From contig NZ_JAPSJL010000001.1 in assembly GCF_031178195.1 (NCBI RefSeq), positions 263,275 through 327,274 on the forward strand: a DNA stretch of 64,000 bases, read 5' to 3'. This document shows, piece by piece, positions 54,016 through 63,459 of the stretch. The notes below the pieces were generated by a model, which ran no database searches, had not been told where the DNA came from, and saw only the letters and a list, made by a program, of their open reading frames with translations. The stretch's first letter is position 1. Each line of letters begins with the position of its first letter. A program made the position numbers and the translations under genes. The stretch is from Zhihengliuella sp. GTDB lineage: Bacteria; Actinomycetota; Actinomycetes; Actinomycetales; Micrococcaceae.

Positions 54016-55452
54016 TCATTTGAGCGTCTTCTCCGAGTCCTCGAGCATCGCGAACTCCTCCTCGGGGGCGCTGGCGACCAATCGGTGGCGGCTGTAGAAC
54101 CAGAAGTAGGCAATCGCGGCGAGGAAGACGACGGCGGTGATGCCGGCGGCCTTCGCGTCCAGGACGAACGTGGCGACCAGGGCCACGACGGCGAGCACGA
54201 GGGCGATGCCGGTGGTGACGACGCCTCCGGGCGTCCGGTAGCCGCGGGCCAGGTCCGGCTCCTTGACCCTCAGCATGATGTGGCTCAGGTTCAGCAGGAC
54301 GTAGGACACCGTGGCGCCGAAGACGGCGATGTTGATGAGCAGGCCGCCGTCGCCCGTGGCGGCGGCGAGCACGAAGCCGACGGTCCCGGGGACGAGCAGG
54401 GCGACCCACGGGGTGTGCCGTTTGGACGTGAGGGAGAGGAAACGCGGGAGGTAGCCGGCGCGGGAGAGGGCGAAGAGCTGCCGCGAGTAGGCGAAGACGA
54501 TCGAGAAGAAGCTCGCGACCAGGCCGGCCAGCCCCGCGTAGTTGACGATGTCGGCCACCAGTGCGTTCTCGCCGTAGGCCGCCCGGAGCGCCTCGGGCAG
54601 GGGCGAGTCGGAGGTGCCCATCGCGCTCGCGCCCGCAGTGCCCGGGACCAGGACCAGCATCGCGGCCCCGGAGACCACCAGGAACAGCATGGCGAAGATG
54701 ATGCCGCGCGGCATGTCCCGGCGGGGATCGGCGGTCTCCTCCGCGGCCAGCGGGACGCCCTCGATCGCGAGGAAGAACCAGATGCCGAAGACGAGGGCCG
54801 CGAGCACGCCGGGGACGCCGAAGGGGAGGAATGCACTGGATCCCACGGACCCGTCCGGGACGATGTCGAAGAGGTTGGCCGCATCGAAATGCGGGATCAG
54901 CGCAATGGCCGTGACGAGCAGGGCGACGACGGCGACGGCGGTGATGCCGAACATCAGCTTGAGCGCCTCGCCGACGCCCCAGAGGTGGATGCCGATGAAG
55001 ACGATGTACGTCACCAGGTACACGGGCCACGAGTTGGTCAGTCCGAACAGGCCCAGGGCCTCGATGTAGCCGCCGATGAAGGTCGCGATCGCGGCGGGCG
55101 CCACCGCGTACTCGATGAGCACCGCGACACCCGTGGCGAATCCTCCCAGCGGCCCGAGCGCCCGGCGGGCGAACCCGTAGCCGGCTCCCGCCGTCGGGAG
55201 CGTCGAGGAGAGCTCCGCGAGCCCGAAGACCATGCACGTGTACATGACCCCCATGAGCACGAAGGCGATGAGCAGGCCGCCCCATCCGCCGACCGCCAGG
55301 CCGAGGTTCCAGCCGGAGAAGTCGCCGGAGATGACGTAGGCGACTCCGAGGCCCGCGAGCAGGATCCACCCGGCGGCACCGGACCTGAGCTGTCGGTGCC
55401 GGAGATAGTCCTGGTCCACCGAGTCGTAGTCGATATGGGGTGCACGTGCCAT
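54016..55452 (-). CDS. APC-family amino-alcohol/amine permease, ethanolamine-permease-like
   Basis: ..GVAYVISGDFSGWNLGLAVGGWGGLLIAFVLMG..LPTAGAGYGFARRALGP.. resembles ethanolamine permeases as I recall them. Confidence 0.75.
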   Translation of the reverse strand: MARAPHIDYDSVDQDYLRHRQLRSGAAGWILLAGLGVAYVISGDFSGWNLGLAVGGWGGLLIAFVLMGVMYTCMVFGLAELSSTLPTAGAGYGFARRALGPLGGFATGVAVLIEYAVAPAAIATFIGGYIEALGLFGLTNSWPVYLVTYIVFIGIHLWGVGEALKLMFGITAVAVVALLVTAIALIPHFDAANLFDIVPDGSVGSSAFLPFGVPGVLAALVFGIWFFLAIEGVPLAAEETADPRRDMPRGIIFAMLFLVVSGAAMLVLVPGTAGASAMGTSDSPLPEALRAAYGENALVADIVNYAGLAGLVASFFSIVFAYSRQLFALSRAGYLPRFLSLTSKRHTPWVALLVPGTVGFVLAAATGDGGLLINIAVFGATVSYVLLNLSHIMLRVKEPDLARGYRTPGGVVTTGIALVLAVVALVATFVLDAKAAGITAVVFLAAIAYFWFYSRHRLVASAPEEEFAMLEDSEKTLK

Positions 55453-55511
55453 GGTCGCCCTCGCTGCCGAGTTGGGATGTGTTCGTGGCCCGAACCCTCA
55501 ATGGGATGATT

Positions 55512-55595
55512 TCAGACCTTTGAATCTCCTCAACTGTGAGTCACGTTACGGCGAGCGTCAAGACTTGGCGCGTTAAGACTTCGTTTCAAGGGTCT
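55512..55595. promoter_or_regulatory. Repeated TCAAG-type motifs in the permease / GntR divergent region
   Basis: tcagacctttga (55512-23, inverted), tcaagactt (55558-66), ttaagactt (55573-81), tcaagggtct (55586-95). Confidence 0.4.
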
Positions 55596-55643
55596 ACTAC
55601 TGCACCAATTCCGTGGCGCCACGGGCCGTGGCATGCTGTTGCC

Positions 55644-56399
55644 ATGGGTACACCCGACAAGCAGCAGGCCCCGCCCTCGGCGAGCTACCGCCTGCTGGGC
55701 GTCGCCCGCAAGGGCAATGCCTTCGAGGAGACGGTCGAGCACCTGCTGCGGGGTTTCCGGCTGGGCCTCTTCCCGCCGGGCGGCAGGCTCCCCCCGGAGC
55801 GCGAGCTGGCGGAGGAGCTGGGCGTCTCGCGGGCGACTCTGCGGGACGCCCTCGCGGAGTTGCAGAAGGCCGGGTACCTGACCATCCAGCGTGGGCGCTA
55901 CGGCGGCGCGATGGTCGCCACGGAGCTGCCCACGCGGGGCGCGGTCCTGGACTCCGGTGACCTGGAGCTCGTCGAGGATGTCCTGACCTTCCGGGCCGTG
56001 GTGGAGCCGGCGGCGGCGGCGCTGGCGGCCAGGGCGGCCCTGACCGCGGCGCAGCGGAACGGCCTCCTGGACACCCTGCGGGCCGTCTCCGCGGCCGGCC
56101 CGGGCCAGTACCGCCCCCTGGACGCCCGCCTGCACATCGCCATCGCGGAACTCACCGCGTCGCCCCGGCTCGCCGCCGCCGTGGCCGAGGCCCGGGCCGC
56201 GACCAGCGACCTGCTGGACCGGATTCCGTTCCTGGCGCCCAATATCGAGCACTCCGACGTCCAGCACCAGGCCATCATCGAGGCGATCCTCGCCGGAGAC
56301 CCGGAACAGGCGCGGGGTCTCATGGCCGAGCACCTCGAGGGGACCGCGGCTCTCCTGCGCGGCTTCCTCGCCAGCGGGGACATCCGCACCGGCGCCTGA
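55644..56399 (+). CDS. GntR/FadR-subfamily transcriptional regulator
   Basis: ATG at 55644. ..LPPERELAEELGVSRATLRDALAELQKAGYLTIQRGRYGG.. and an FCD domain. Confidence 0.8.
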   Translation: MGTPDKQQAPPSASYRLLGVARKGNAFEETVEHLLRGFRLGLFPPGGRLPPERELAEELGVSRATLRDALAELQKAGYLTIQRGRYGGAMVATELPTRGAVLDSGDLELVEDVLTFRAVVEPAAAALAARAALTAAQRNGLLDTLRAVSAAGPGQYRPLDARLHIAIAELTASPRLAAAVAEARAATSDLLDRIPFLAPNIEHSDVQHQAIIEAILAGDPEQARGLMAEHLEGTAALLRGFLASGDIRTGA

Positions 56400-56412
56400 C
56401 GCGCCGGTGCCG

Positions 56413-57105
56413 TCAGCGCGCGGGCTGGCGGCGCGGGACCCAGCTCATGCAGTAGTCCAGGTTCGCGATGACGGTGCGCACGGCGGCCTCCGCGTCGCCG
56501 GCGGCGATCGCCTCCACGAGCTCGTCGTGGCCGGAGGCCAGGCAGCCGTCGAACCCGGCCTCGAGCCGCTGCACCATCTTGGTCCCGTGGAAGACGTCGC
56601 CGAAGCTCGCGTAGAGCTCGTGCAGCAGCGGGTTCCCGGACGCCTCGGCGACGCGCAGGTGGAAGCCCCAGTCGGCCTCCGACCAGCCCGGGTAGTCCGC
56701 GGCGTCCCACGCCGCCCGGCGGCGGGCGAGCAGCTCGCGCAGCTCGGCGACGACCAGCGGGTCCGCGGCCTGCGCGGCGAGCCGGGCGGTCTGCGTGTCC
56801 AGCGCGAAGCGGACCTGGAGCACGTCCTCGTCCGCGTGCTCGCGGTAGACGCGCTGCGCCGTCGCACTGATCTCACTGGTGGCGCGCACGTAGGTCCCGT
56901 CCCCGCGCAGCACCTCGAGGAGCCCGGCGTGGGCGAGCGCCTTCACGGCCTCGCGGAGCGTGCCGCGGGAGACGCCGAACTCCGCGACGAGCTCCGGTTC
57001 CGGCGGGATCCGCTCCCCCACAGGCCAGCGGCCGGAGGCGACGGCGTCCCGCAGCCTCCCGACGACCTCCTGCATCAGGGGCGCGCGGACCGGCCCGCCG
57101 CTCAT
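56413..57105 (-). CDS. GntR/FadR-subfamily transcriptional regulator
   Basis: ATG at 57105 (ATGA overlap with the MFS gene). ..IPPEPELVAEFGVSRGTLREAVKALAHAGLLEVLRGDGTYV. Confidence 0.8.
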   Translation of the reverse strand: MSGGPVRAPLMQEVVGRLRDAVASGRWPVGERIPPEPELVAEFGVSRGTLREAVKALAHAGLLEVLRGDGTYVRATSEISATAQRVYREHADEDVLQVRFALDTQTARLAAQAADPLVVAELRELLARRRAAWDAADYPGWSEADWGFHLRVAEASGNPLLHELYASFGDVFHGTKMVQRLEAGFDGCLASGHDELVEAIAAGDAEAAVRTVIANLDYCMSWVPRRQPAR

Positions 57106-58454
57106 GCGCGCGCCTGCCCCGGCATGCGGCCGTAACGGCTGATCCGGTAGCCGAGGACGAACTGGAGCACGGTGCAACCGATGAGGATCATGAGCGGGAC
57201 CGTCCAGGAGCCCAGCGCCCCCTGGAGCAGCCCGAGGCCGAACGGGCCGATCGCCGCGACCAGGTAGCCCAGCGACTGGGCGAGCGTGGACAGCGCCGTG
57301 GTCTCCGTGGCGGTCTCGCCGCTGCGGCTGATCAGCAGCATGAGCAGCGGGAAGATGCCCAGGCCGAACCCGATGAAGACGGACGGGACGGCCGCGGCCC
57401 CCACCGGCAGGACCAGCAGGGCGACGGTCCCGACCACGTAGGACGCGCAGGTCAGGACGAACGCCGGGCGCAGGAGCCGGGGCTTCGACGCCATCCAGAG
57501 GACGATCATCACGGTAGGGATGCTGACCGCCTGCAGCAGACCGAGCATGAACCCGGCCGTCGCGGCGTCCAGCCCGCGGGTGACCAGCATGTGGGGGTAC
57601 CAGCTCATGAACGTGTAGACCAGCAGCGCCTGGACGGCGAAGAGGGACGTGAACAGCAGGCCCTTGCGCGTGGCGAGCATCGGCCACGGCGAGACGTGCG
57701 GGGGAAGCGGGCCGGACGAGCGTTGCGCCGCGGCGGCGATGGGCAGCAGGACCAGGAGCGCCAGGGCCGCCGGGACGGCCCAGGCGGCGAGGCCGAGCGT
57801 GGGCGAGCCCAGCGCGGTGGCGATCGGGAAGCTGAAGGCGGCCGCCGCGGTCGCGCCGACGGACAGCGTCACGCTGTAGGTGGCGGTCATCGCGGCCGTG
57901 CGCCGGGGGTGGTGCTCGCGGATGAAGGACGGCATCGCGACGTTGCAGACCGCCAGCCCGCACATGCCGAGCACCGTTCCGACGAGCAGCAGCCACGTCG
58001 ACTCGACGGCGCGGACGGCCAGTCCGAGGGTGAGCAGCACGAGCGCGAGGGCCAGGGCGCGCTCGAGCCCCGTGCGCTTGACCAGCCAGGCGGTCCCGGC
58101 CCCCGCGAAGGCGAAGCAGAGCACCGGGATGGTCGGCAGGAGCGAGGCGACGAACGTCCCGTAGCCGAGCATGGCCTCGAGGTCGTGGTACAGCGGCGCC
58201 GCCGAGGCGATGCCGGCGCGGAGGTTCAGACCCACCAGGACGACGGCGGCCACGGCCAGCAGCACGGCGAGCCAGCGGCGGGGCTGCTCCGCGGACGACG
58301 CCGCGGAACCAGCTGCCGGCTCCGCACCTTCCGCCGCCCCCTCGAGCTGCCCAGGCTGCCCGGGCCGCTCGGACGGCTCGGTCAGGATCGCGGCCTCGGC
58401 GAGCGCAGTGGGCGGTTCCGGGCGGGTCGCATCGGCGGCGGTCTCGGACGTCAT
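57102..58454 (-). CDS. MFS transporter (CynX/NimT-like)
   Basis: 12-TM profile after an acidic/Pro-rich N-terminal extension. ..LVGLNLRAGIASAAPL.. is typical of CynX-type MFS. Confidence 0.75.
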   Translation of the reverse strand: MTSETAADATRPEPPTALAEAAILTEPSERPGQPGQLEGAAEGAEPAAGSAASSAEQPRRWLAVLLAVAAVVLVGLNLRAGIASAAPLYHDLEAMLGYGTFVASLLPTIPVLCFAFAGAGTAWLVKRTGLERALALALVLLTLGLAVRAVESTWLLLVGTVLGMCGLAVCNVAMPSFIREHHPRRTAAMTATYSVTLSVGATAAAAFSFPIATALGSPTLGLAAWAVPAALALLVLLPIAAAAQRSSGPLPPHVSPWPMLATRKGLLFTSLFAVQALLVYTFMSWYPHMLVTRGLDAATAGFMLGLLQAVSIPTVMIVLWMASKPRLLRPAFVLTCASYVVGTVALLVLPVGAAAVPSVFIGFGLGIFPLLMLLISRSGETATETTALSTLAQSLGYLVAAIGPFGLGLLQGALGSWTVPLMILIGCTVLQFVLGYRISRYGRMPGQARA

Positions 58455-58458
58455 GCTT

Positions 58459-58480
58459 AAACATTAGACGTCTGATGTTT
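58459..58480. promoter_or_regulatory. 22-bp near-perfect palindrome AAACATTAGACGTCTGATGTTT, 5 nt upstream of the MFS start
   Basis: 20 of 22 positions are symmetric. Confidence 0.6.
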
Positions 58481-58564
58481 GCCTGGGCGAACTTCGTGAT
58501 GGACTCCACGGGGCGCTCCCCGCTCCGGGCCGCCGACCGTGGCCACCGGAGGTCCGGGAGGCCC

Positions 58565-59233
58565 TCAGCCCTCGCTGCGGCGCCGGACGATCTCGTTGAC
58601 CCAGATCGGCACGTACGGCGACGTGCAGTTCGGCGGCGTCGGATAGTCCTTGAGGACGCCCAGGCGCTCGCCGATGTCCAGGGCGCGCTCCCGGTGCTCC
58701 GCATGCTCGATGCCGATATTGCCGAGACAGGTGTTCATCGCCCATTGCAGGCGTTCCGGGGCGTCGCGCATCTCGGCCTCGATGGTCTCGAGCAGACCGG
58801 GCAGATCGAGCCCCTCCGGCTTCTTCACCACCCGGTCGCTCGTCAGCGCCCAGCCGGCGCTGGCGACTACGGGGTCGGCGTCGCCCAGCCAGGAGGTCCG
58901 CAGCTCCTCGGCATGCGAGCTCTTGCGGACCACGTACGCGACGAGCCAGTCCTGGACCTTCGGGGCCCGGGCGTCCCGGAGCATGGCGTCCAACTCGTCG
59001 CGCTCGAACGCCTTGGGCCGGCAGATCAGGAGCGCCAGCAGGCGGGCCGCCGCGTCTCCGGTGGCCCACAGGTCACGCGCCAGGTCCTGCTGCGTCTTCA
59101 GTCGCTTGGCCACGGCCCGCAGCTTGGTCAGGTTCACCCCGTGCTCGTCGCCGTGTCGCTCGTTGACGGCGCGGACCCTCGGATCCTCCAGTTCGGCCAG
59201 TTCCGCCATGACCTCTTCGAGAGTCTCCGCCAT
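58565..59233 (-). CDS. DNA alkylation repair protein (AlkD-like HEAT-repeat fold)
   Basis: ATG at 59233 (RBS GGAGGAGGAG). ..LEDPRVRAVNERHGDEHGVNLTKLRAVAKRLK..DLWATGDAAARLLALLICRP..VQDWLV. Confidence 0.7.
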   Translation of the reverse strand: MAETLEEVMAELAELEDPRVRAVNERHGDEHGVNLTKLRAVAKRLKTQQDLARDLWATGDAAARLLALLICRPKAFERDELDAMLRDARAPKVQDWLVAYVVRKSSHAEELRTSWLGDADPVVASAGWALTSDRVVKKPEGLDLPGLLETIEAEMRDAPERLQWAMNTCLGNIGIEHAEHRERALDIGERLGVLKDYPTPPNCTSPYVPIWVNEIVRRRSEG

Positions 59234-59513
59234 CGCTCCTCCTCCGCTCTCGCCTGCAGTCCTCGACCGCACCGGCTCGCCCAACTGCCCCCAGCCTAGG
59301 CCCGCTCTCGCGAGACGGGGAGGCCTCGCGGCTCCCTGCGGCCCAGCTGCGCGGGACGCGCTGACGCCGTCCGGCGGGCCCTGTCCGCCAGCACCACCCG
59401 CTGTCTTTTCCATGCTCCTCCGCGGGCCTATCCTGAGCATGCAGCCCCACCCGCCGCCACCAGCTCGGGCGGTCGCCGCCACCGCAGCCTCCGCCATCAC
59501 CGAAAGGCCCGCC

Positions 59514-59978
59514 ATGTCAGTAGAGCAAGCAGAGCCCGCCGAATCGGCCGAGGCCGTCAGCCGCCGTCTGCACCTGGAGCCGGGCGACGCGGTCTTCGTC
59601 ATCGGCGGAACCCCGGAGGAGCACCAGCTCCTCGAGCCGCTGCCCGACGGCGCCGCCAAGGTCGACGCACCCGCCGAGGCCGACGCGGCCGTCCTCTTCG
59701 CCGCGGTGCTGGAGGACCTAGAGATCCTGCTGGATCAGAGGCTCACGCCCCTGACGGCGGCCCGCGCCGTCTGGGTGGGCTACCCGGTCGACGACGAGCT
59801 GACGCGCCCGGCCGTGGACGACGCCGTGGCGGCCCGCGGCTGGGCGCCCGGGGCCGAGACCGCGCTGTCGGACGCCTGGCGCGCCGTGCTCATCGTGCCG
59901 CGGCCCGCCGGGACGCGCTGGGTCCCCTCGGCGGAGGAAACGGCCGATGCCCCGGCCGACGAACAGCCCGACCCGTAG
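59514..59978 (+). CDS. Hypothetical protein, DUF3052-like
   Basis: ..RRLHLEPGDAVFVIGG..ADAAVLFAAV..AVWVGYPV.. resembles the DUF3052 layout from memory. Confidence 0.5.
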   Translation: MSVEQAEPAESAEAVSRRLHLEPGDAVFVIGGTPEEHQLLEPLPDGAAKVDAPAEADAAVLFAAVLEDLEILLDQRLTPLTAARAVWVGYPVDDELTRPAVDDAVAARGWAPGAETALSDAWRAVLIVPRPAGTRWVPSAEETADAPADEQPDP

Positions 59979-60183
59979 GACCGGACGGACGACAACTCCG
60001 GCACTTTTACTCGAAATGAGAAGAAGTGCAGAAATTTTCTTCACCAACCCCTATTGACGGGTCGAAATCTGGCGAAAAGTTGATCCCACGACGAGGCGCC
60101 ACCGGAACCCCACCGGCACGGACCACACGGTCCGGCACCTCGTGAAGACGTTCCGCAACGGACGATCACCGAGGGAGTCAACG

Positions 60184-61497
60184 ATGACGAACAGCCAGAA
60201 CCGCGAGCAGGAGACCCAGCAGCGCATCGAGCGCCTGGAGCTCGAGTGGACCGCCGACCCGCGCTGGGAAGGCATCACCCGCGACTACGCCGCCGCCGAC
60301 GTCGTACGCCTCCAGGGCACGGTCCAGGAGGAGTACACGCTGGCCCGCCGCGGCTCCGAGAAGCTGTGGAACCAGCTCCGCGAGGAGAACTCCACCGGCG
60401 CCTACACGAATGCGCTCGGCGCCCTCACCGGCAACCAGGCCGTCCAGCAGGTCAAGGCCGGACTCCGCGCCATCTACCTCTCCGGCTGGCAGGTCGCTGC
60501 CGACGCGAACCTCGCCGGGCAGACCTACCCGGACCAGTCGCTCTACCCGGCGAACTCGGTGCCGCAGGTGGTCCGCCGCATCAACAATGCGCTGCTCCGC
60601 GCGGACCAGATCGAGCACGCCGAGGGCGTCAGCACGGTCGAGGACTGGCTGGTCCCGATCGTCGCCGACGCCGAGGCCGGATTCGGCGGCCCGCTCAACG
60701 CCTTCGAGCTCATGAAGTCGATGATCGGCGCCGGCGCCGCGGGGGTGCACTGGGAGGACCAGCTGGCCAGCGAGAAGAAGTGCGGCCACCTCGGCGGCAA
60801 GGTGCTCATCCCCACCGGCCAGCACGTCCGCACCCTCAACGCGGCCCGCCTCGCCGCGGACGTCTCCCACGTCCCGAGCGTCATCGTGGCCCGCACCGAC
60901 GCCGAGGCCGCCACGCTCCTGACGTCCGACGTCGACGAGCGGGACCAGCCCTTCCTCACCGGCGAGCGCACGGCCGAGGGCTTCTACAAGGTCCGCAACG
61001 GGATCGAGCCCTGCATCGCCCGCGCCAAGGCCTACGCCCCGTACTCCGACCTCATCTGGATGGAGACAGGCACCCCGGACCTGGAGCTCGCCCGCCGGTT
61101 CGCGGAGGCCGTCAAGTCCGAGTTCCCGGACCAGATGCTCGCCTACAACTGCTCGCCGAGCTTCAACTGGAAGAAGCACCTGGACGACGAGACGATCGCC
61201 AAGTTCCAGCGCGAGCTCGGCGCCATGGGCTTCACCTTCCAGTTCATCACCCTGGCCGGATTCCACGCCCTCAACCACGAGATGTTCGACCTCGCCCACG
61301 GCTACGCACGCCGCGGCATGAGCGCCTACGTGGAGCTGCAGGAGCGGGAGTTCGCCTCCGAGTCCCGCGGCTACACCGCCACCAAGCACCAGCGCGAAGT
61401 CGGCACCGGCTACTTCGACGCCGTCTCCACCGCCCTCAACCCGGGCGGCTCCACCCTGGCCCTGGTGGGATCCACCGAGGAAGGCCAGTTCCACTAA
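60184..61497 (+). CDS. aceA: Isocitrate lyase
   Basis: ATG at 60184 (RBS GAGGGAG). ..[24 protein letters not shown].. and the [14 protein letters not shown] signature. Confidence 0.95.
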   Translation: MTNSQNREQETQQRIERLELEWTADPRWEGITRDYAAADVVRLQGTVQEEYTLARRGSEKLWNQLREENSTGAYTNALGALTGNQAVQQVKAGLRAIYLSGWQVAADANLAGQTYPDQSLYPANSVPQVVRRINNALLRADQIEHAEGVSTVEDWLVPIVADAEAGFGGPLNAFELMKSMIGAGAAGVHWEDQLASEKKCGHLGGKVLIPTGQHVRTLNAARLAADVSHVPSVIVARTDAEAATLLTSDVDERDQPFLTGERTAEGFYKVRNGIEPCIARAKAYAPYSDLIWMETGTPDLELARRFAEAVKSEFPDQMLAYNCSPSFNWKKHLDDETIAKFQRELGAMGFTFQFITLAGFHALNHEMFDLAHGYARRGMSAYVELQEREFASESRGYTATKHQREVGTGYFDAVSTALNPGGSTLALVGSTEEGQFH

Positions 61498-61504
61498 CCC
61501 CTCC

Positions 61505-61593
61505 AGGACGACGGCGGTGCCCGCCGCCCCTCGGCGAGGCCCGGCCACCGCGAGGCGTGCCGGCCGCCCCGGCGAGGCACCGCCGTCGTCCTC
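61505..61593 (+). terminator. Intercistronic stem-loop between aceA and aceB (17-bp perfect stem, 55-nt GC-rich loop), possible attenuator
   Basis: aggacgacggcggtgcc (61505-21) pairs with ggcaccgccgtcgtcct (61577-93). Confidence 0.4.
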
Positions 61594-61621
61594 CCCCTTC
61601 ACTTCTCCCGAGGAGACCGCC

Positions 61622-63253
61622 ATGAACAACCCGATCACCCTGAACGGCATCACGATGACCGCCTCCCCCGTCTGCCAGCAGCAGCGGGTCATCACCCCCG
61701 AGGCCCTGGACTTCCTGGGCGAGCTGCACCGCCGGTTCGACGGCCGGCGCCGCGAGCTCCTCAACGCCCGCGAGCAGCGCCGGCAGGCCATCTCGCGCGG
61801 CGCCGACCCCAAGTTCCTGCCGGAGACCCGGCACATCCGCGAGGACGACTCGTGGCGGGTCGCCCCGATCGCGCCGGGGCTCGAGGACCGCCGCGTGGAG
61901 ATCACCGGCCCCACGGACCGGAAGATGACCATCAACGCGTTGAACTCCGGGGCCAAGGTGTGGCTGGCCGACATGGAGGACTCGCTGACGCCGAACTGGC
62001 GGAACGTGGTCAAGGGGCAGCTGAATCTGCAGCGCGTGCTGGACCGCGAGATCGACTTCACCACCGAGGAGGGCAAGGAGTACCGGCTCACGGGCGAGAC
62101 GCTGACCGACCTGCCGACGATCGTGGTCCGGCCGCGCGGCTGGCACCTGCCGGAGAAGCACCTGCTGATCCAGAACCAGCCGATCTCCGGTGCCCTGGTG
62201 GACTTCGGGCTGCACTTCTTCCACAACGCCAAGCGCCTGATCGAGCTCGGCCGCGGCCCGTACTTCTACCTGCCGAAGCTGGAGAGCCACCAGGAGGCCC
62301 GGCTGTGGAACGACGTGTTCGTCTTCGCGCAGGACTACCTCGGCATCCCGCAGGGCACTGTCCGGGCGACCGTGCTGATCGAGACGATCACCGCGGCGTT
62401 CGAGATGGAGGAGATCCTCTACGAGCTGCGCGACCACGCGGCGGGCCTGAACGCCGGCCGGTGGGACTACATCTTCTCCATCATCAAGAACTTCCGCGAG
62501 CGCGGGCCCCGCTTTGTGCTGCCGGACCGCTCGATGGTCACCATGACGGCCCCGTTCATGCGGGCCTACACCGAGCAGCTGGTCCGGGCCTGCCACCGCC
62601 GCGGCGCCATGGCGATCGGCGGCATGGCGGCCTTCATCCCGAACCGGCGCGACGAGGCGGCGAACGCCGTCGCCTTCGAGAAGGTCACCGCGGACAAGAC
62701 CCGCGAGGCCGAGGACGGGTTCGACGGCTCGTGGGTCGCCCACCCGGACCTGGTGCCCGTGGCGCGAGAGGTGTTCGACGGCGTGCTCGGCTCGCGCCGG
62801 AACCAGCTCGACCGCTCCCGCGACGACGTCCAGCCGGACGATGTGGCGCTGCTGAACGTCGCCGCGACGCCGGGCCTCATCACCGAGCAGGGCGTGCGCA
62901 GCAACATCGAGATCGGCATCCGCTACATCGAGTCGTGGCTGCGCGGCAACGGCGCGGTGGCCCTGCAGAACCTGATGGAGGACGCCGCCACGGCGGAGAT
63001 CTCCCGCTCGCAGATCTGGCAGTGGATCCACCAGGGCGCCGTCACGGACGACGGCGAGCTCATCACCCGCGAGTACGCCACGGAGCTGCTCGAGGAGGAG
63101 TTCGCCCGGATCCAGCGCTTCGAGGGCGACCGGTTCGACGAGGCCCGGGAGATCTTCGAGGCGGCCGCGCTGGCGGACCGGTTCCCGGACTTCCTGACCC
63201 TGCCGGCCTACAACCGGTACCTGTGCGAGACCAAGGAGCTGCAGACCGCGTGA
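61622..63253 (+). CDS. aceB: Malate synthase A
   Basis: ATG at 61622 (RBS GAGGAG). ..VEITGPTDRKMTINALNSGAKVWLADMEDS..YFYLPKLESHQEARLWNDVF..GLNAGRWDYIFS. Confidence 0.95.
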   Translation: MNNPITLNGITMTASPVCQQQRVITPEALDFLGELHRRFDGRRRELLNAREQRRQAISRGADPKFLPETRHIREDDSWRVAPIAPGLEDRRVEITGPTDRKMTINALNSGAKVWLADMEDSLTPNWRNVVKGQLNLQRVLDREIDFTTEEGKEYRLTGETLTDLPTIVVRPRGWHLPEKHLLIQNQPISGALVDFGLHFFHNAKRLIELGRGPYFYLPKLESHQEARLWNDVFVFAQDYLGIPQGTVRATVLIETITAAFEMEEILYELRDHAAGLNAGRWDYIFSIIKNFRERGPRFVLPDRSMVTMTAPFMRAYTEQLVRACHRRGAMAIGGMAAFIPNRRDEAANAVAFEKVTADKTREAEDGFDGSWVAHPDLVPVAREVFDGVLGSRRNQLDRSRDDVQPDDVALLNVAATPGLITEQGVRSNIEIGIRYIESWLRGNGAVALQNLMEDAATAEISRSQIWQWIHQGAVTDDGELITREYATELLEEEFARIQRFEGDRFDEAREIFEAAALADRFPDFLTLPAYNRYLCETKELQTA

Positions 63254-63378
63254 GCTGAGCGGGCAGCCGGCGGAGATCCCGCCGGCGCAGTTCCGACCGA
63301 TGTGGCGGCGGATCCCCTTTCCTGGCAGAGCAGGGGGTCCGCCGCCATGGCGTGGCGCGGGGTTTTTGGCGCTGAGCG

Positions 63379-63459
63379 GTGTTCTCGGGAGCGCCTTGTT
63401 CTACGGAGCGCCGTGTTCTACGGAGCGCGGTGTTCTACTGGCGGTTCTACTGGGAGCGG
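63379..63459. repeat. Tandem repeat, 17-nt unit (then 14 nt), about 5 copies, spanning the stop codon of the right-edge minus-strand gene
   Basis: gtgttctcgggagcgcc / ttgttctacggagcgcc / gtgttctacggagcgcg / gtgttctactggcg / gttctactgggagcgg. Confidence 0.8.

Noticed and set aside
63379-63459. Tandem repeats at 63379, 34800, 15751 and 24795 considered as CRISPR arrays
   Set aside because: The units are contiguous (15-30 nt) with no unique spacers, there are only 2.5-5 copies, and no cas genes are present. They are reported as tandem repeats.
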